Shown: positions 38,511 through 52,820 of the stretch, one piece after another
Numbering within the stretch: the stretch's first letter is position 1
Layout: each line of letters starts with the position of its first letter
Assembly: GCA_951406725.2 (NCBI GenBank)
Contig: OX597823.1
Coordinates: 60,450,001 to 60,514,000, forward strand
Reading direction: 5' to 3'
Length of the DNA: 64,000 nucleotides
DNA from: Octopus vulgaris
Lineage: Eukaryota
Notes under the pieces: model-generated
Told to the model about the DNA's origin: nothing
What the model saw: only the letters and a program-made list of their open reading frames with translations
The model's database searches: none
Made by a program: the position numbers and the translations under genes

Positions 38511-39367
38511 TACCTCACTATACATGTGCCAACAGATCAATTTTCACTCACATACCCTCACATAAGCACATACACAGCAGAAGGATGAGAGGAGAAGAGA
38601 CAGATTCCAATTGATGTAGCATGACTAGTAACCATAGCACTAAGAAAATAAAAATAGTATTAAAACAATAACAGAAATATAAATAACAAAATAATCACAA
38701 TGACAGCAACAACAAAAATAATGATTTCTTCTATTGACTATAAGGTCTCAAGGTACTGAGGACAATATCACAAAAAATGTGAGGTTTGATTGATCAAAAG
38801 GAGACATAACAACAACCAAGATATAAAAAAGTGATATAAAAATTGAATTCATAAAAAAAGTATCTCTAACAGTATGGAAGTATACCTAGAGTAATTCAGG
38901 GAAAAATCCACACAAAAAGGCCCAGATTACACTGCTGTCTCCAAGGTAGTGAAAGTACCCTTTTCTAGTTTCTTTCTTCCTATTTAGAAAAGCATACTGA
39001 GGACAGGCCCATTTAAACTCACTTGATTCATCACTCATCCCCCTTTTTGATAGGCACACTAGAGAGAAGTACCCCTCTCTCTCTCCCTCTCTCTAGTTTT
39101 ATCCTTCTCTTCATATGTTATTTGAAGAAATTGATGCTTGACCAGGTAAGAAAGTGCCTGACTTCAAACCTTTCAGACTTGTCCACCAATTAAAGTATTT
39201 TTTATCTTTTATCTTTTACTGATTTCAGTCATTGGGTTGCAACCATGCTGAGACACCACCTTGAAGGCTTTCATTGAAAAACATCAACCCTAATATTAAT
39301 TTTTGAGCTTGGTACTTGTCAGTCTCTTTTGTGTATGTGTGTATCCATGTGTGCATGTGTGTGTGTG

Positions 39368-39404
<37 letters not shown>

Positions 39405-39459
39405 ATGTAGATATATATGTGTGTGTGTGTATATATATGTGTGTGTATATATATATATA

Positions 39460-39930
39460 AATTTCGTTATACGTATAAAGATACCATAAGCAATTATAAA
39501 AAATGGAGAAAAGATGTTAAATAAATCAAAATTAGATTTAATAAGTACATACGAATGTTTCAAAGGGCAATACAAATATGTAAGAAAAAATTGTAATAAT
39601 TATAATTATGATTAAAGTTATGCATTGTCATTCTCGTCAGTGTAAGGAGTTTAAGGGAAAAACATCCAAGAAAGTTATTACTTTCAAGAAGGAAAAACGA
39701 AAGAATTTACTTATTAAATCTAATTTTGGCTTTTTAGCATCTTTTCTCCATTTTTAGAATTCTTTATGGCACCTTTATACCCATAACGAACTTTTTCAAT
39801 TGTTATTTTCATATTCTCATTGCTTGCTCTAGCGGGATATTTCTGAATATGATGAATTTTTATTAGAAATTATTTTCTCTCTTTTTGGACTCCTCAAAAA
39901 TTTTGAATTGTTCTACTTGAACTTATATTT
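39460..39930. mobile_element. PLE-like short element with partial inverted repeat (39460-39552 / 39698-39793)
   Basis: Inverted arms enclosing a hammerhead. Confidence 0.7.
39546..39644 (-). ncRNA. Minimal type I hammerhead ribozyme
   Basis: taca-CTGACGA-(gaatgacaatgca/tgtattgcccttt)-GAAAC-attc-GTA^-tgta. Confidence 0.75.
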
Positions 39931-40308
39931 TTCTCTCTCTATATATATATATATCAGTCACAATATATGGATTCATGTAATCTGGTAGTACTCATAAAAA
40001 ATAGTTCTTTAATGTATCATTCTACAAAACATATATAATATATAGTACAGTACAAGATGACAAGGAGTGTATAAAGTCGTAAATGACAGAGAAATACTTT
40101 GATGAATTTATTTAACAATAAGAAAATTCAAATATCTCAACAAATTGTTTCATAACCTAAAAACATGTAAATAATTTATATCATTATATTTAATAAATAT
40201 ATAAATAAATATTTTGTTTAGGCATTGCAACACTAATAACCTGTTGTAAAACTCAATATACATATGCTTCAAAATGAAGTGTTAAACAAACTGCACTTCA
40301 TGTTCAAG

Positions 40309-40389
40309 TCTCTGATGAAGCTATATGTTGGTGTTATTCAGGCACTCAATGTGAGTTTACTGCATCTTATAGCAGAAACAGCTGTTAGA
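40309..40389 (+). ncRNA. Minimal type I hammerhead ribozyme
   Basis: tct-CTGATGA-a-gctata...tatagc-a-GAAAC-agct-GTT^-aga; palindromic stem III. Confidence 0.78.
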
Positions 40390-40449
40390 AAATGAAGTTA
40401 ATAAGATAATCATTTATTTCTTTATCATCTCATTTCCATATACATGCAT

Positions 40450-40523
<74 letters not shown>

Positions 40524-41428
40524 GTGCACACACACATATTGTTTGCAATGCTAAGTCCAAGAGTAAACAACTAGAAATTAAACAGAAATATTCTTTACCA
40601 GAAATCCTAAAAGAGGCACATGATTATGAGCTGCTTGCTCTTATTCTGAGCCAGACTTACCTTCAATTATATGAACCAGCAGAAAACAAACACCACCATC
40701 ACCCCCAGCACCACCACCAACAACAACAACAGCCATGAAAATCTTTGATTTCTCATCAAGAAATTGAACCTTTGCACTTTTACATGGAATCATTATTGTA
40801 TTCTATAAACAGTTTAACTCATTAGTTATAATGAATAAATACTTTATTGGCAAAATAAATGTTGTTGCCTTTCGTTGTTATTGCTGTTATTGTTGTTTTT
40901 TTGCAAATATTTCGTATAGGAAGTGGTTTTAATGTTAAGAAATGTGCTGTAACCTTACAAAATTTAAGTTGATGTAGAAATTAACAGCAATCAAACAACT
41001 TCTGTTTTTTTGTTAATATTTTTATGATTTATGTTAAATAATATGAGCTTTATAATTGATTTCTTTAGCTCTTCAATATATTGCCAAGTTCTCTGATACT
41101 GCAAAACATTACCGGAATGGAATTGAAAACAAATAAAAAGATTATTTCCAGTTTTCTCAGATACAAAACATTCTGGTAAGTTTTAAATTAGAAGAAATGT
41201 GAATTGGCTCAGAAAACTAAAAAGTAATTTAATGTCTACAAATTCTAAATATTTTTTTTCTTCTTGTTAATTTTTTGCCTGATTAGTTGTTAATATTAAA
41301 TATATCAGAAGTAATTAAGAAATATTGCGGTGGGGAGGAATGTCCAATCTATATTTCACACTTATAAATCAAAGGGAAACGGAATACATATATACATACA
41401 TAAAAACACACACACATATATGTATGTA

Positions 41429-41474
<46 letters not shown>

Positions 41475-42784
41475 GCCAAATTACATATTCACAGACATTT
41501 ACAAGTAATATTTTGATGACTTTCATCTGTTTTCCACTTTATTGCTTTTCTTTATTATCTTGTTGACAAGAAACAAAAAGTCATCTACTCTGAGGATATA
41601 TATTGCCTCTCCTGGCACTTTTACAATGTATTGTTCAATTTAAAAATATAATTTTATCTTTAGTCAGTACAACCAATGATCATGTAAGTAGTAGCTTGCT
41701 AGGAGTTCTCCTTTTTTTTTTTTTCAAAAAAAAAAAAATGACTTTCTAGCTAATATAAATTTATTGAACAGAACATTAATAAGAACCAAAACTTTTTTTA
41801 ATTTAATAGTAAGTATTTCTATAATTAATAGCTTTCAACTAGCAATAATCACACCTTGGAAAAGCAAATGATTTATTTAGTAAGCAAGCTTTTCTACTGT
41901 CACAAAACCACAAAAATAGTAGCTGAATTATCATCAAATCCCAGCCCACCCCTATTTTAAAAAGGAAAGGGGATGTGTATTGAAGATAGACATCTCCTTA
42001 TCGATGATAATCCAGTGTTAAATGCATACATAGAACCTTAAACAAAACAGGTTGATTACAACCCTTGCTCAAATGCTTTTATTTCTAAGTTTGCTCAAAC
42101 AGGTCTGATTCGGGGCTAAACAGCAGAAACAACAACAGCAATAACATCAATAACTACATCTCAAAGAAATTTCATTGGCTACTTCACTATACATACAATC
42201 ACGATTGGTAGTGTAGTTGTGTTGTGCAGAAACAAATCCAAGCAAAAGTGTTAAATTTTGATAAGTTTAAAACATAGAGTGATTGTGAACAACTTAGTTT
42301 AATATTGCTTTAAGTTTTTCCTAAATATTCATATAAAAATGATTTATGTTGTCTGACAAACTGGTACTTGAAAACCCAATATGAAAATGTAGAACACCAT
42401 CAATCAATGGACTTCAGGGGGAGAAAGAATGTAAAACAAACAGGAAAAAGCAAAACTAATAGTTTGTTCTTCCTCAACTCAACATATTACATACAATCAT
42501 ATCATAACTTTCTCATAACTGTAAACTTCTTGTAATTTTAACACTAGTGTATATTTTGCAGAGTGAATTTATACTTACAAGCACAGGCATAGCCATTCAG
42601 TTATTAAATTTGCTTTGCAATCATGAGGTTTCCAGTTCAGTCTCAATGCATCTTTGGTAACTGTCTTCTGCAGTAGCATTGGGATGACCAATGTTTAACA
42701 AAGGAAAGTCTGAAACAGTATTAAAACCCATTGTGCATGTGTGTGAGTGTGGATCGTACATATTGGTCTTTTATATGTAAGTAC

Positions 42785-43070
42785 ATCATCATCATCATCA
42801 ACATCATTTAACGTCCGTTCTCCATGCTAGCATGGGTTGGACGGTTCGACCGGAGATCTGGGAAGCCAGAAGGCTGCACCAGGCTCCAGTCTTATCTGGC
42901 AATGTTTCTACAGCTGGATGCCCTTCCTAACGCCAACCACTCCATGAGTGTAGTGAGTGCTTTTTACGTGCCACTCGCGCAGGTGCCAGGCAAGGCAGGC
43001 AACGGCCACGGTCGGATTGGTGCATTTTACGTGCCATCGGCACGGAAGCCAGTCGAGGCGGCGCTGGCAT
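42785..43070 (-). mobile_element. SINE family C
   Basis: Family domain, tandem units and tail. Confidence 0.88.
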
Positions 43071-43129
43071 ATGACTCTCTTATTCTTTCATTCTTTCTTT
43101 CTTTCTGTTAGCCCCTTCACACTTTGTTC

Positions 43130-43770
43130 TTTCCACTCTTCTTTCTTTCGTTTCCCCTCTCTCACATTTCTTGGCTTTCTCTTCATTCTCACCTTCCCTC
43201 CTCTTTCACTTCACTCTATCCTTTTTCTTTTATTCTCATCCATCCCTAATTCTTCTGTCCTTCTACCTCTACCTCTCTTCTCTCTCCCTACATGACCGGT
43301 GTTTGGCCAAGCTGGACCTTTCTTTCTTGATTTGACTACCATCTATGCAACATCTATATTCCTTCCCATGTCTGCCATCTCTTATGTCCCTGCTGTAAGG
43401 CTTCACTTCCACACATGCCAGCTTAATTTAATTCGTCCTTAGTCAAAAGACACCTGTTATGTCCTGTTATTTGCATTTGTATTTGTGTACCATTTCTCCC
43501 TTTTTATTCCATCCTTGTTTTTGGATACATTCACTGCTTTCTTCCAAGGAATCTAATACTCTAAGCTTAGTTTTTCCCTTGGGGCTGGCCAAATTGGAGC
43601 CGAAATTGCAATAATAATCTGGAACTCAATTGAGGAAAGAAGACTTTGAATGACTAGTCCATGTTTTTTCTTGTCTCTTTTTTTGTATCATCTGTTTGGA
43701 TGTTTTGTTGTCCCTTTTTTGTATCATCTTGCTGTCTGGATTTTTGCGTTCTTGTCCATTTTTTGCATTC
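43130..43770 (+). mobile_element. Dispersed repeat, probably PLE-derived (close copy at 54590-54980 on +; diverged relative at 44150-44880 on -)
   Basis: Pyrimidine tract, then atctcttatgtccctgctgtaaggcttcac...ttggggctggcca...tgaggaaagaa...tttttgtatcatctg. Confidence 0.65.
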
Positions 43771-43844
<74 letters not shown>

Positions 43845-44016
43845 ATTATTATCATTATTATTACTACATTTATCCTACACTATATTGGCAAAGCTCAGTA
43901 CAACCACAAAAATCTGCTATTGCCAGTTGGTATCATTAGGCTGTAGTCAGCATAATAGAATAAGGGCTTTTATATGCATATTCAAAAATATTTTGCATAA
44001 ATGAACTTAAAGGATA

Positions 44017-44060
<44 letters not shown>

Positions 44061-44074
44061 TGTATTTGTGTGTA

Positions 44075-44116
<42 letters not shown>

Positions 44117-44149
44117 ATTACAAGGTGTAAAAGAGTGTACGTACACCAC

Positions 44150-44880
44150 TATATGTATATATAAATCTCCAAAATGGAACAAGAATGCAACAGACGTCAA
44201 TAAAACATCTGGACAGATAGAGAATACAAAGACGGACATGAAAAAAAGAAGGACACGTTATTCACAGCCTTCTGTCATCCGTCAAGTTTCCAGATCATCC
44301 TAACAATTTCAGCCAGTTACACTTGAGACTGTTCAAATGTAGCTGGCACCAAAAATCTAAGCTAAGAGCTTTAAATTTTGGGAGAGAAAGCAAGAGAATG
44401 TGTACAACAACAAAAACAAAACAAACAGAGAAAATGTTACACAATTACAAATACAGACAACAAGAAAATAACAACAGGTATCTTTTGACTAATAGAGACA
44501 AAGCAAATTGAGTTGGTGTGTATGGAGTGAAAGCCTTGGGGCAAGAACAGAGATGAAAGTCATGAGACAGGAATCTAAGAGATGCTTTGCAGCCAGCAGT
44601 CACCCAAAAGAGAAAGATCATGCTTGGCTGAACACCAGTCTTGTGGAAGGAAAGGAGAGAGGTAGGGGGTAGAGGGATTGAAGAATTAGAGGAAGAATGA
44701 GAAAGAGAGGAAATCAAAGGGACATAGAGAAAGGTACAATGGAGATAAACGAGGAGGGAAAGTGGAGGGATTAAAGAAGGAGAAGGCCAAGAATTTTGAG
44801 AGAGGGGGAATAAGAAAAAGAATAGAGAAAATTAAAAAAAAGTATGAGGGGACTAAAAGAAAGAGGAAAAGAGTCGTACA
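44150..44880 (-). mobile_element. Diverged relative of 43130-43770 in inverted orientation
   Basis: Shared gacacctgtt.., ctcttagcttag, gaaattg..a.gat.atctggaa blocks. Confidence 0.55.
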
Positions 44881-45106
44881 GAATTGAGATACATACTTAC
44901 AAGGTGAGCAAAATTGTACATATGCCACTGTATGTATATAAATCATCGTCATCATCATCATTTAATGTCCATGTTCCATATTAACTATTCGAGACACAAA
45001 TAGCTTTTCTAATGAATATTAATTAGCACATCCGGCCTACATCTCAAGACATTTATTGCAGATTAAAGCATTCTAAACAACACGTCCAACTTCAGTTGAA
45101 TATGCT

Positions 45107-45139
<33 letters not shown>

Positions 45140-45141
<2 letters not shown>

Positions 45142-45380
45142 CTCAAGCAAGACACTTCCTTTCATGTTAGTGCATCCAGCTGGCCAAAATGAGTAGTACC
45201 TGTATTTCAAATGGCCAGCTTTGTCAAATTATGTCTTACACTGAATCTCCCTGAGAGCTACATTAAGGGTATGCATGACAATGGAGTACTCAGCCCCGTG
45301 CATATTAATTTCACAAGTGGGCTGTTTCATTGGTCAGAACAACTAGAACATGCATCATTGTAACTGATAGGGTGCTGGTA
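45140..45380 (+). mobile_element. 5'-truncated SINE related to family D
   Basis: agcaagacact..tttca.gtt...cagctg...aaatgagt. Confidence 0.55.
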
Positions 45381-45525
45381 TATGCATGCATATACATATA
45401 TATATATATATATAAGGTTAATCCAAACAAGAAAACACAGAAAATAACACAGAAAAAAACACAGCAACGCGAGGACGTGGAACAATTAAAGTATTATTTG
45501 ACGCTCAGGAAAGAAGGGAAGGAGG

Positions 45526-45560
45526 GTTTAACGTTTCGAGCGGAGCTCTTCGTCGGAAAC
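45526..45560 (-). ncRNA. Hammerhead-like motif, core variant CCGACGA
   Basis: gttt-CCGACGA-a-gagc(tcc)gctc-GAAAC-GTT^-aaac. Confidence 0.65.
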
Positions 45561-45657
45561 AAGGAGAAGGAAAGATCCCGAGAAGGGAAGACAGAGAGAT
45601 ATATATAAACAAGCAGAGATACCAGGCATTGCTCGGGATTAAAATGATATAGTTCGT

Positions 45658-45730
<73 letters not shown>

Positions 45731-45817
45731 AAGTTTACGAAAAAAAACAAAAGATGAAGACAGCTGGTGTACAAAACAAACAGATGTATTTGTATAACGC
45801 TCAGGAATAGAAAAAGT

Positions 45818-45853
45818 CTTTTACGTTTCGAGCTTACGCTCTTCTACAGAAAG
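45818..45853 (-). ncRNA. Hammerhead-like motif, core variant CUGUAGA
   Basis: cttt-CTGTAGA-a-gagc(gtaa)gctc-GAAAC-GTA^-aaag; decayed sister copies at 50762-50797 and 56458-56493 (+). Confidence 0.65.
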
Positions 45854-45915
45854 GTACACAGAAAAAACAAGGAGAGAAAAAAATCTGTGTAGTGGCTAAC
45901 GATCTATTATGGCGT

Positions 45916-45958
<43 letters not shown>

Positions 45959-46774
45959 TACAGTTATGTTGAAACAGGTGATACAGGAAAGGGCAGCATT
46001 GATGACAAAACATTTGTAAAGTAAATGCTGATCTAATTCAACTAAGCAGCATGTATTATGTCCATTTCGAGGATTCCATGCCCTAACCTATCAGGAAAAA
46101 TTGGGAGTGGTGGGGTATGTACTTTCTGAACTCACTGAAAAGCTATCAGGGGATATACTCGCCTTTGAGGTGGTCAGTACTGTGTCTAACATGGCCCATC
46201 GTCTGGTTGACAGTCAACTGAATGAAGGTGTAATGGAAATATTGTATGTAAATGGGAACATTCTGGAAATGGGCTGTAATGTGAGATGGCAACAGGGAAG
46301 TGAACTGTTGAAATGTTGCAGAAGGCAGATTGCTGGTGTGGCTGTAGAATAAGAAACATAAAATGAACCTATGCAGTCACTTGAGAATATGTAGTAATGA
46401 ATTACTTGAAAAAATAAGGCATAATTGCTTACTGCATAGTATGTATATAGTATGTGTGTATTTTTGTGTGCAGAGTAACTTAATGAAATACAGGCAAATG
46501 AACGAAATAGAAGCGCATGTATGGAACTGCTAATTTAACAGTAAATGCCACAATAATTATCACAGTGAGACAAAGAATTATATTTACATAGGATAAATTT
46601 CTTGATATAAGGGTAAATATGCAATTGTAAATAGTTTGCAACGTTGCGATTGCTGTAATAATTATTAACTGGTACTGGAACAGTAAATGTGTATTTTTAG
46701 AAATACCCTGGACCTTGCTGCCTCATAGTTTGTTTTTTTTTCAAGAGTTTCACCTCTGGAACTCACAAACATAC

Positions 46775-47905
46775 TTGTCAGTATCACATATGTATATGTA
46801 TGTGTAGATGTGTGTGCGTGTTTAATAAAGTACATAATGTGGAAACAAATGTACTCATAGACACATACACACTCATGCACTCACAGACAGGTATACACTC
46901 ATACACAAAATGTGACGTCGTCATCGTCGTTGTGGTATAAAATGTTCCTGACAGACACTCACATATACTAAGATAGCCACAGAGCGGCATACATTCGTGC
47001 ATGTCAATCGTCACATATGCATATATCTATGCGTAGATGTGTGTATGTTTAATAACGTACATAACACGGAAAGACACACACTATGAGACATAACACACTC
47101 ATGCACTTACACACATACACTCACAGACAGATAAACAGTCATACACAAAATGTGATGTCATTGTCGTCGTGGTATAAAATGTCCTATTGACAATAGAAAG
47201 ATTATCTCTATGAAATGTATTGTTTTTATCAAAATGAAAATAAAATTTCGTATTGACACTGACCAGCTCTCACATACATATAGTAAGATAGACACATAGA
47301 CATACATTCACGCATGTCAGACGCCACATATGTATATGTGTGTAGATGTGTGTGTTTAATAACGTACCGTTACATATGTATATTTATGTGTAGATGTGTG
47401 TGTAATAACATACCTAATACAGAAAGACACACACACTGACAGATATACAGACATATACAAAATGTGATGTCGTTGTTGTTGTAGTATAAAATGTCCTGTT
47501 GACAATAGAAATACTATCTCTATGAAATGTTATATTGTTTTAATCAAAGTGAAAATAATGGAAATGAAAATAAATTTCGTATTGACACTGACCAGCCCTC
47601 ACATATATATAGTGTGCTTAATAACACACCTAATGTAGAAAGACACACACACTGTGAGACATATACACACTCACACACATATATTCACAGACAAATAAAC
47701 AGTCAAATGCAAAATGTGACATGGTCGTCGTCAGTCGTCACATACGCATATGTATGTGTAGATGTGTGTGGATAATAATGTACCTCACGTGGAAATACCG
47801 ACACACTATGAGACATATATATATATACTCAAACACTTACACACATACACTCAGAGACAGATACACAGTCATATACATGGTATAAAATGTCCTGTTGACA
47901 AGAAC
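46775..47905. repeat. Degenerate complex tandem array (about 230-320-bp units, 4-5 copies; another piece at 48400-48530)
   Basis: Recurrent cacatatgtatatg..tgtagatgtgtg...caaaatgtga.gtc...gtataaaatgtcct. Confidence 0.8.
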
Positions 47906-48539
47906 ATACAAAACTGTTAGTTTCACTTCAACATTTAAATTTCATTTGTGTCAAAATATTTTCGTCGCTTTGAAACTGCGAACTGTTCACTGACAAAACT
48001 TCGTGCTGCATCTGAAAAAATAACAGTTATTTCATGATTATATGTGTTTATGTATGTATGTATGTATGTATGTATGTATGTATGTATGTATGTATGTATG
48101 TATGTATGTATGTATGTATGTATGTATGTATGTATGTATGGGTGGATGGATGGATGCATGATTGTATGTATGTGTAAATACGTATGCATATACACATATA
48201 CGTATGTATGTATGCATCTAGGTACGTATGTATGTATGTAAGCATGTAGACATGTCTGCGTGAGTGTATATGTGTATGTACATGTAAATGTATATTTATG
48301 TACTGACATGTGTGTGTTCAAGATGTATATATAACTGTTAAACCGTTGAAGTTACTTGTTCTGTTACTTGTTACGCAAGTACATCTTCGTAAATATAAAG
48401 ATTATCTCTACGAAATGTTATATTGCTTTAATCAAAATGAAAATAAAATTTCGTATTGACACTGACCAGCCTTCACATACATGTAATATGTTTAATAATA
48501 TACCTAACGCGGAAAGGCACACACACTGTATTTTTGAAT

Positions 48540-49225
48540 CTATGGGTTTCGTGTAATAGGAGTGGAGGATCTGCACTCTGTTGTTCACAGTCTCTAACCA
48601 AATTTCAGTATCAAGGACGGGGAGTCTATTGTTGGGGTTCCAAATGGGGTAATCTATAGTTACCTTGATACTTTGGTGGATGGAGTTAGCTACTTGCTGG
48701 ATAGTTTCCATTATATTCCTCTCAGTGTCTACATTACCGTTACTAGAGTTAGTCTTAACTAGGATGTGGACTATTCTGCTAAAAATTGCTGAAGTTTTCT
48801 GTCCCACCAGTTTATGAAGAGGCCGGCCACATCTTCAGTTACACCGACACCAATCACTGCACCTTGAACCTGCATGTATAGTTTCTTGTTAAACTTTACT
48901 ATGTAGTTCTTCAAGGTTTTTCCCACACAAGCCCCTAATGCATGTGTAATCATTCCTTTCACCTGATTGTTGTTCTCAGAATATTGGGTGGGTACGGTCC
49001 AGCCACTCCAGTGCTCTGCGGTGCTTTTCTTCACAGCTGAAGTGATGGTGGGTGGTCTTCCCGTCTGAGACCTGGTGGGGCAGGATCTATCAAGGCCATG
49101 GTAGTCTAAATAGTCACTGTCGTAGCTTAGTGTAGGGAGAAGGTCCAGTTCCCTCATGTTGACTTCACAGAACTCTACTTCACTCTCACAGATTATCTCA
49201 ATGCATTTCTCCACAGTAAAATCTC
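48540..49225 (-). pseudogene. Penelope-like reverse transcriptase fragment with the YxDD region deleted
   Basis: [14 protein letters not shown].......A.LFI.WWD; ANSIH.SIKVTIDYP......LPVLD.EIW...I.HSYYTKP. Confidence 0.8.
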
Positions 49226-49363
<138 letters not shown>

Positions 49364-50065
49364 TATATATACATTCAAACACACGCACATGTGTTTGTAA
49401 GTATATATGTGTGTGTGTATATATGTAAGCGTCTCTGTACATACACACACACACACATGCCTATTTTTTTCTTGCCCCTCTCTGTTACCCTGTTTTTTAT
49501 TTATACCTCGTTCATTTATTTCTTCCTCTCATTTCTTTTCTTCCTTCTAAATCAGATGCAACGAAAAAAAACATGCTTTTCTCTTTCTTATCTAAAAAAA
49601 AAAAAATTATTTAATTTCTAAAAGAAAAAAATTAACAAAAATAGCAATAAAGCAAGAAAAAAAGGAAGAAAGAATATCGATAAAAAAAATTTCACACAAA
49701 GAACATGAAAATACAAAAATACAGCCAGGATTTTTTTATCTGTATTTTTTCCTGCTTTTATTTTAGTCTTTTTTTTTTTTACTATGAGATATTTTCTAGT
49801 TGCACATTAGTTTTCCATTTGAAGCTATTTACTCCGCTCTCCCTCCATGGATATTTTTACCTGTTGAAGAACTACCAAAATGCTATGTCTGACTGAAGTA
49901 CCAACTGGTGCTGTTAATTATATTGGCATCCACAACTATAGTGATTTCAGAAAATACTTTATTTATACATGAGTCATCCATTTACTGATTTCCTTACTAC
50001 AAAATAATTACAGTTATTTCCATCATGAACAAAGAAAAAAAAAAGATCTCTCTGTTACTTTTTGA

Positions 50066-50108
<43 letters not shown>

Positions 50109-50252
50109 CATGTGTGCGTGCATTCATGCAAGTGTGTGTGAATGTGTGTGAGTGTGGGTGGATGTGTGTGAGTGTGCACATGTGTGTGTGTATGCATGTG
50201 TGTGAACACGTGTGTGTGAGTACATGAGTGTGTGTGTGTATTGTGTGTGTGA

Positions 50253-50299
<47 letters not shown>

Positions 50300-50419
50300 A
50301 TAAAGTCTTTGTACAAACTATATAAGTTCTTACTACAATCGTTCCTGTTTGAGTCTGTGTTTCTATATCACTATATATTTGTGTATATATTTGTATGCAT
50401 ATGTATCACTAAACATTCG

Positions 50420-50610
50420 GTTTCATGCTGGTGGCATGTAAAAAGCACCCATTACACTCTTGGAGTTGTTGGCATTAGGAAGGGCATCCGGCCATAGAAA
50501 CCATACCAAATCAGATTGGAACCTGATGCAGGTCTCCATCTCAACAGTTTCAATCCAACCATCTAAAATATTCCAGCATGGAAAGTCGATGCTAAATAAT
50601 GATGATGATG
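50420..50610 (+). mobile_element. SINE family C fragment
   Basis: Family domain and tail. Confidence 0.8.
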
Positions 50611-50884
50611 ATATATATGTATAGCTGTATATATATGTGTATGCATGTTTGTGATGTATGTGTGCCTTTCTTTCTCTCTGTCTATATGTATATATAGACA
50701 TGTTCGACCGCTAAACTCTACAAGTCTTTTTCATTCTCTCTCTGTTTATTTCTTCTTAGTCCTTTCTGTTGAAGAGCATAGGCTCAAAACATGAAAGACT
50801 TTTTACATTTTCCCGACCATCAAACAAATACATTTGCTTGTTGTTCATACATCTGTCTTCATCTTTTGTTTTTCTATAAATTTC

Positions 50885-50929
<45 letters not shown>

Positions 50930-50993
50930 AATTTTTTGCATAATGAGATAAAAACCAAGACTGTGTAGATATTAGAACATTTATAGATAGAAA

Positions 50994-51045
50994 GTCTTAC
51001 AGCTGTTTCCAGGATATTTATTAATTATATCCCTTCATCAGAGAT
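50994..51045 (-). ncRNA. Minimal type I hammerhead ribozyme
   Basis: tct-CTGATGA-a-gggatat...atatcct-g-GAAAC-agct-GTA^-aga. Confidence 0.82.
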
Positions 51046-52079
51046 GGTGTGAGAGGATGGTTAATTTAGATAGGATACAAAATAGATAGTGAGCTGGAGG
51101 AAAGAAAATAGATGTGAGATATGTAGGGATATTGAATTTGTAGTTCCATTTTTTGGGCAGAATGGTATATATGTAAGATTCCAATACCTTATGAGAAAAA
51201 CCCAACAGTATTTAAAATTGTTCATTCATATATATTCATATATATATTGTTAAAATTGTTCATTCATTATATATATAATAGACTTGTAGGGGACCAAGCA
51301 ACCACTTCAGTGTTGGTGCCATAATAAAGTACACCCAGTACACTTTGTAAAATGGCTTGGCACTTGAACAGAGAGAATAAAGGGTACAAAGAACATTTTT
51401 AGTGGCATCAAAGACACACCAACATCTCTAGTGCAGATGCTGCAATAAAATGGTTGACCCCAGGCTAACCGATGTTTCATGAGTGAATTTAACAGAAGAA
51501 AACTGCAGGATGTCTATTGTATGTGTATATATATGTGAAAAAGTGTGCTTGAATGTTGATATTCCAAGCTTCTGACTGCTTAAGTAAAACAGTGATAACA
51601 TTGACATTTCTTGTTGATATTATGATCAATCACTCTGTGCTTCACAGCTCCTACTTGAATAATGATTAAGGATTGGTGATAGGAAACTGATCTTAAAATC
51701 TTGCCTCAAATAATTCCCCCTGAACCCTATGCTAGCATGAAGATGTATATGTTGAGACAAATGAACAACTCAGTATATATTTGAAAATGCTTTTTTCTCT
51801 TCCCCCTCTGTCATTTACATGTAGTTATTGTCTGGTTCTTTGCTGCCATCATAGTGCTAAATTTCTGTGTTTTTACTTATGCTGCTCCTCTTCTTGATAA
51901 TCATTGAAAGCTTTCTAATATCCAGTCTTTCTCTTTATTTCTCTCTCACTGTCTCTCTCTCTCTCTCTCCCTCTCTCTCTCTTTCTCTCCATGCATATAT
52001 GCACACACACACACACACATTCAGATACACACAAACACAGACACACACACACACATTCATACAGACACACACACACAAA

Positions 52080-52122
<43 letters not shown>

Positions 52123-52167
52123 TTACTCCAATAAACATATATATATGTGTGTGTGTGTTTGCTCCGG

Positions 52168-52207
<40 letters not shown>

Positions 52208-52786
52208 TATATACATATATATACACATATATATAAGTATATATATATATGTATGTACACATATATAGATAGATACACACACCAACTCACACACACACAA
52301 AAATACACATACACACACATCATTATCTATGTCTCTTTAGCAAGATATCAAGGTAACAGTTTTAGCAGACAACTTGACTAATGTAGAGTTATTGCTGACT
52401 GTGCTGGTATGCACATCAGCTTCCGAAATTGATATCTCAACTGATTTTAATATAAGAGAGAAGTCAAATCTTTTTGAATACAAGTTCAAATTACATTAAT
52501 CTTCCCTATAGTATTAATACATTACTAATACTGAGTGCATATCACTAGCACGGGGCATAAGATACCAGATTCCTATAAAAGTATTGGAAGACAGTGTCAT
52601 TTCTTTTAAGAAGGATAAATTTTCAAGAGAAATTTAATAGTGTTGTTATAAACTGAAAAATGCCTTCATTATGAACAATTCTGGACAAATTATAATTACT
52701 TTACAGCTTGGGCAGTTCTGGATATTCAGAAAGCACACTAACACACACACACATACACACATACACACGCACACATACAAACACAC

Positions 52787-52820
<34 letters not shown>

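Noticed and set aside
38750-39170. CTGAGGA motifs at about 38756 and 38996 (and CTGAAGA at 56101) as further hammerheads
   Set aside because: No correctly placed GAAA/NUH with closing stems could be found
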